Origin: a virus
Length of the DNA stretch: 64,000 bases
IMG/VR virus record: IMGVR_UViG_3300032163_000004
Location: 38,211-102,210 of that record
Direction: 5' to 3' (one strand)
Part shown: positions 61,314-64,000 of the stretch, piece after piece
Layout of the letters: the number at the start of each line of letters is the position of its first letter
Numbering within the stretch: the stretch's first letter is position 1
The notes under the pieces: generated by a model
Seen by the model: the letters and a program-made list of their open reading frames with translations, nothing else
What the model was told of the DNA's origin: nothing
Database searches by the model: none
Program-made: the position numbers and the translations under genes

Positions 61314-62126
61314 GTGAAAAAAATTAGTGTAACAATGGCTTACTATAATAGACCTGACTATTTAAGACGAACTCTAGTTGCGTATTATAATATTCACAGA
61401 GGAGATCCTGGTTGCGAATTTATTATTGTAGATGATGGCAGCAGAGATGATTTGAGAGCTGCATTAGTAGCTAAAGAATTTGAATATAAACTTGATATAA
61501 AAGTATTTTACAGAGAAAATAAAGATGATATCAATCCAGCAGTGGCTATTAATAGTTCTGTGAAATTAGCTTCGGAAGAAATTGTAATAATTACTAATCC
61601 AGAGACGATCCCAGTAACTCCTATAATTTATCAATTGAATTCGGACCAATTTCAAGATAACGAATATATTATTGTTCCTTGTTATTCTATTCCTTTACAG
61701 TCGCAAAATGCAATTAATCAAATAGATGTTAATAATGAAGACTATGTCAAAGAAGTTTTGAATTTTATTAACTTTAATTCAAGAGGACCTGAGTTTGAAG
61801 GGGATGATGCTTGGTACTCCCATTCTATTTATAGATATGTCCTTTTTTATTTTACTGCAGTAATAAGAAAGAAATATTTCTTTGATATAGGGGGAATTGA
61901 TGAAGAATTCAGATATGGTTGGGGGTATGAAGATACAGATTTTGTAGAGAGACTTCAGATTAATCAACCTAAAATTTCATTCTTAACAGATGCAGTTTGT
62001 CTTCATCAATTTCATTATAATAATTCAGAAGTCACAAGAGATGATAGAACTAGATATGAAGGTGTCAGAAGAAATAGAGAATTATATTTGCTAAAGAAAG
62101 AGAGTAGAGAGAGTTGGAAAAAATGA
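61314..62126 (+). CDS. glycosyltransferase family 2
   Basis: SVTMAYYNR, IIVDDGS, GGIDEEF..GWGYEDTDF, HQFH. Confidence 0.9.
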   Translation: MKKISVTMAYYNRPDYLRRTLVAYYNIHRGDPGCEFIIVDDGSRDDLRAALVAKEFEYKLDIKVFYRENKDDINPAVAINSSVKLASEEIVIITNPETIPVTPIIYQLNSDQFQDNEYIIVPCYSIPLQSQNAINQIDVNNEDYVKEVLNFINFNSRGPEFEGDDAWYSHSIYRYVLFYFTAVIRKKYFFDIGGIDEEFRYGWGYEDTDFVERLQINQPKISFLTDAVCLHQFHYNNSEVTRDDRTRYEGVRRNRELYLLKKESRESWKK

Positions 62127-62836
62127 TTATATACAAAGTTTTAAACAAAGTAAATGGAAAGATATATATTGGGCAAGACACTAAAAATAATCCAAGATAT
62201 TTAGGATCTGGTATATTATTGCGAAAAGCAATTAAAAAGTACAGTAGGGAAAACTTTAACAAAGAAGTTATAGAATGGTGTGATACTAAAAATAAACTTG
62301 ATTTTTTAGAGAAGTTCTATATTCGATTTTTTAATTCTAAGGCTCCAAATGGTTATAATCTAACAGATGGTGGAGATGGATCTATTGGATATATTTGGAA
62401 TGAAGAACAGAAAAAGAGACTTAGTTTAATTCGAACAGGAGTGAAAAGATCAGAAATTACTAGAGAGAAAATAAGAGAATCGAAATTGGGAGAAAGGAAT
62501 CCGATGTTTGGAAAACATCAGACTGAAGAGTCGAATGCTAAAAGGAGAGAACATCAGAAGATAGTTCAGAACCAACCAGGAGTTAAGAAGAAGTTAAGTG
62601 AAGCTTTTAAAGGTGATAATAACCCCATGAAGAAGCTGGAGAATCGAGAAAAGGTAAGCAATTCTCTTAAAGGAAAATGTCTTTCTGAAGGTCACAAGAA
62701 AAAAATAAGTGAAGCAAGAAAAGGAAAAAGTTATGAAGAATTTTATGGAGAAGAGAAAGCAAAAGAAATCAAAGAAAATCATAGTAAAAGTATTAAATTG
62801 TGGTGGAAAAATAGAAAGGAAAAATTGATAAGATAA
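62114..62836 (+). CDS. GIY-YIG homing endonuclease with NUMOD3 repeats
   Basis: IIYKVLNKVNGKIYIGQ, YLGSG, GYNLTDGGDG. Confidence 0.9.
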   Translation: MEKMIIYKVLNKVNGKIYIGQDTKNNPRYLGSGILLRKAIKKYSRENFNKEVIEWCDTKNKLDFLEKFYIRFFNSKAPNGYNLTDGGDGSIGYIWNEEQKKRLSLIRTGVKRSEITREKIRESKLGERNPMFGKHQTEESNAKRREHQKIVQNQPGVKKKLSEAFKGDNNPMKKLENREKVSNSLKGKCLSEGHKKKISEARKGKSYEEFYGEEKAKEIKENHSKSIKLWWKNRKEKLIR

Positions 62837-62837
62837 A

Positions 62838-63551
62838 ATGTCATTATCGAGGGTCGAAATACACTTAACTTATAAATGTGATTTAAATTGTCCATATTGT
62901 AATAGAGGATGTTTTTCACATATAGAATTTGCTCCAGATATGACTTTAGATTGTATGAATAAATTTCTGGAAGAAGTTCAAACTTTAAACTTTCCTCTGA
63001 AGGAAATAGTGATTATAGGAGGAGAACCTCTTTTAAATCCTAACTGTATTGAGTTAATTAAACTAGCTAGAGAGTTTACTCCAAATGTAATACTATTTAG
63101 TAATAACTATTCTGAAAGAGCTCATTCCATTATAGAATATGTAAAATTTAATAATCTTTGTATAGTGTATGAACCTACTTTCAAAACTAAAAAAGTAAAT
63201 CATGCTGAAAGTCCTGATGATTTTTGTGTATTTATATCACCTACTGATATTGGTAAGAAACGTATAGATCCGTGTGGTTGTTATACTTATTGTGGTTTTA
63301 GTATGGACTCGTTAGGTTATACAAGTTGCTCACTTGGTGGTATGATATCAAGTTTGTTATGTCCAGAAGCGAGAACTCAGAACTTGAAAGATTTGATGGA
63401 CGAAGAATTTATTAAATGGCAAATGGTAAAATTATGTAAACACTGTGGTGCACTTTTATGTAAGAGAAGTGATGTACCACCAGATATGTTATATGAATTT
63501 TGTGGAACTAAAATGACAAAGACTTGGTATGATGCTTTTAAAAAATGCTGA
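62838..63551 (+). CDS. radical SAM protein
   Basis: CDLNCPYC, IGGEPLL, FSN, C-terminal Cys cluster. Confidence 0.9.
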   Translation: MSLSRVEIHLTYKCDLNCPYCNRGCFSHIEFAPDMTLDCMNKFLEEVQTLNFPLKEIVIIGGEPLLNPNCIELIKLAREFTPNVILFSNNYSERAHSIIEYVKFNNLCIVYEPTFKTKKVNHAESPDDFCVFISPTDIGKKRIDPCGCYTYCGFSMDSLGYTSCSLGGMISSLLCPEARTQNLKDLMDEEFIKWQMVKLCKHCGALLCKRSDVPPDMLYEFCGTKMTKTWYDAFKKC

Positions 63552-63638
63552 AAAGAAGTAGTTATTTTTTTGTTGTCTTTTCTACTCATAAATGGACTCA
63601 CGTTTTTTATTCTACATTTATAAAAAGACTTCTTACTG

Positions 63639-63650
63639 AACAAATAAATA
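63639..63650 (+). promoter_or_regulatory. putative late promoter AACA-N6-TA
   Basis: AACA AATAAA TA; AACA-N6-TR also at 58168(+), 14008(-), 27319(-), 31241(-), 44541(-). Confidence 0.5.
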
Positions 63651-63682
63651 AGAAGTTACATCTAAAATTATGAGGGGTAAGA

Positions 63683-64000
63683 ATGGCTTTAGGTTATTTG
63701 GTTAGGTCTGGAATTACTGGTCCAACTGGTCCTGGAGGTGAATCTGGAGGACCAACAGGTCCTACCGGATATACTGGCGCTGCAAGCACCGTAACAGGTC
63801 CAACCGGTCCTACCGGATATACTGGCGCTGACTCTAGCGTAACAGGTCCAACCGGTCCTACCGGATATACTGGCGCTGCAAGCACCGTAACAGGTCCAAC
63901 CGGTCCTACCGGATATACTGGCGCTGCAAGCACCGTAACAGGTCCAACCGGTCCTACCGGATATACTGGCGCTGACTCTAGCGTAACAGGTCCAACCGGT
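63683..64000 (+). CDS. collagen-like G-X-T repeat protein (fibre), truncated by window end; absent from ORF track
   Basis: ATG 63683 after GAGGGG; [41 protein letters not shown]... Confidence 0.85.
   Translation, partial: MALGYLVRSGITGPTGPGGESGGPTGPTGYTGAASTVTGPTGPTGYTGADSSVTGPTGPTGYTGAASTVTGPTGPTGYTGAASTVTGPTGPTGYTGADSSVTGPTG
63751..64000 (+). repeat. 48-bp coding tandem repeat ([16 protein letters not shown] or -DSSV)
   Basis: Units begin at 63794, 63842, 63890, 63938, 63986. Confidence 0.95.

Noticed and set aside
1672-63643. Many short antisense ORFs in the track (e.g. 1672-1944, 4356-4568, 18369-18701, 43556-43813, 63377-63643)
   Set aside because: They overlap better-supported genes on the opposite strand, lack an RBS and have antisense-like composition.
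63694-63933. Minus-strand PVGPVGP ORF
   Set aside because: Antisense shadow of the plus-strand collagen repeat.
1-64000. Stop-codon recoding implied by the UUA tRNA
   Set aside because: Recognisable genes are intact in code 11, and TAA, TAG and TGA all terminate genes at tight junctions.

Overview
AT-rich, gene-dense 64 kb segment of a large lytic dsDNA phage with T4-like core genes; the standard genetic code appears to be used. A PxxKW-family protein and an archaeal/deltaproteobacterial-type ThyA tentatively suggest a Desulfobacterota host. From 1 to 44 kb a minus-strand backbone is interrupted by four plus-strand islands, each opened by TACATATATTAAT and closed by a hairpin-T terminator. 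This part carries NAD-dependent ligase, ThyA, MazG-like, Nudix and HAD genes, 14 tRNAs, five glycosyltransferase(-like) genes and many small hypothetical ORFs. From 44.5 kb onward everything is plus strand: dCMP deaminase, clamp loader, primase, sliding clamp, 5'-3' exonuclease, neck and virion proteins, then a GT2-TPR-methyltransferase / radical SAM / GT2 / radical SAM operon followed by a Thr-rich collagen-like fibre gene. Eight free-standing homing-endonuclease-like genes are scattered through the window. The most striking unexplained element is at 1-507: a tandem array of covarying stem-loop RNAs (Y-RNA-like scaffold) with variable cargo, one unit enclosing a complete tRNA with a UUA (ochre-reading) anticodon and CCA. 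All calls come from visual motif recognition; no searches were run.
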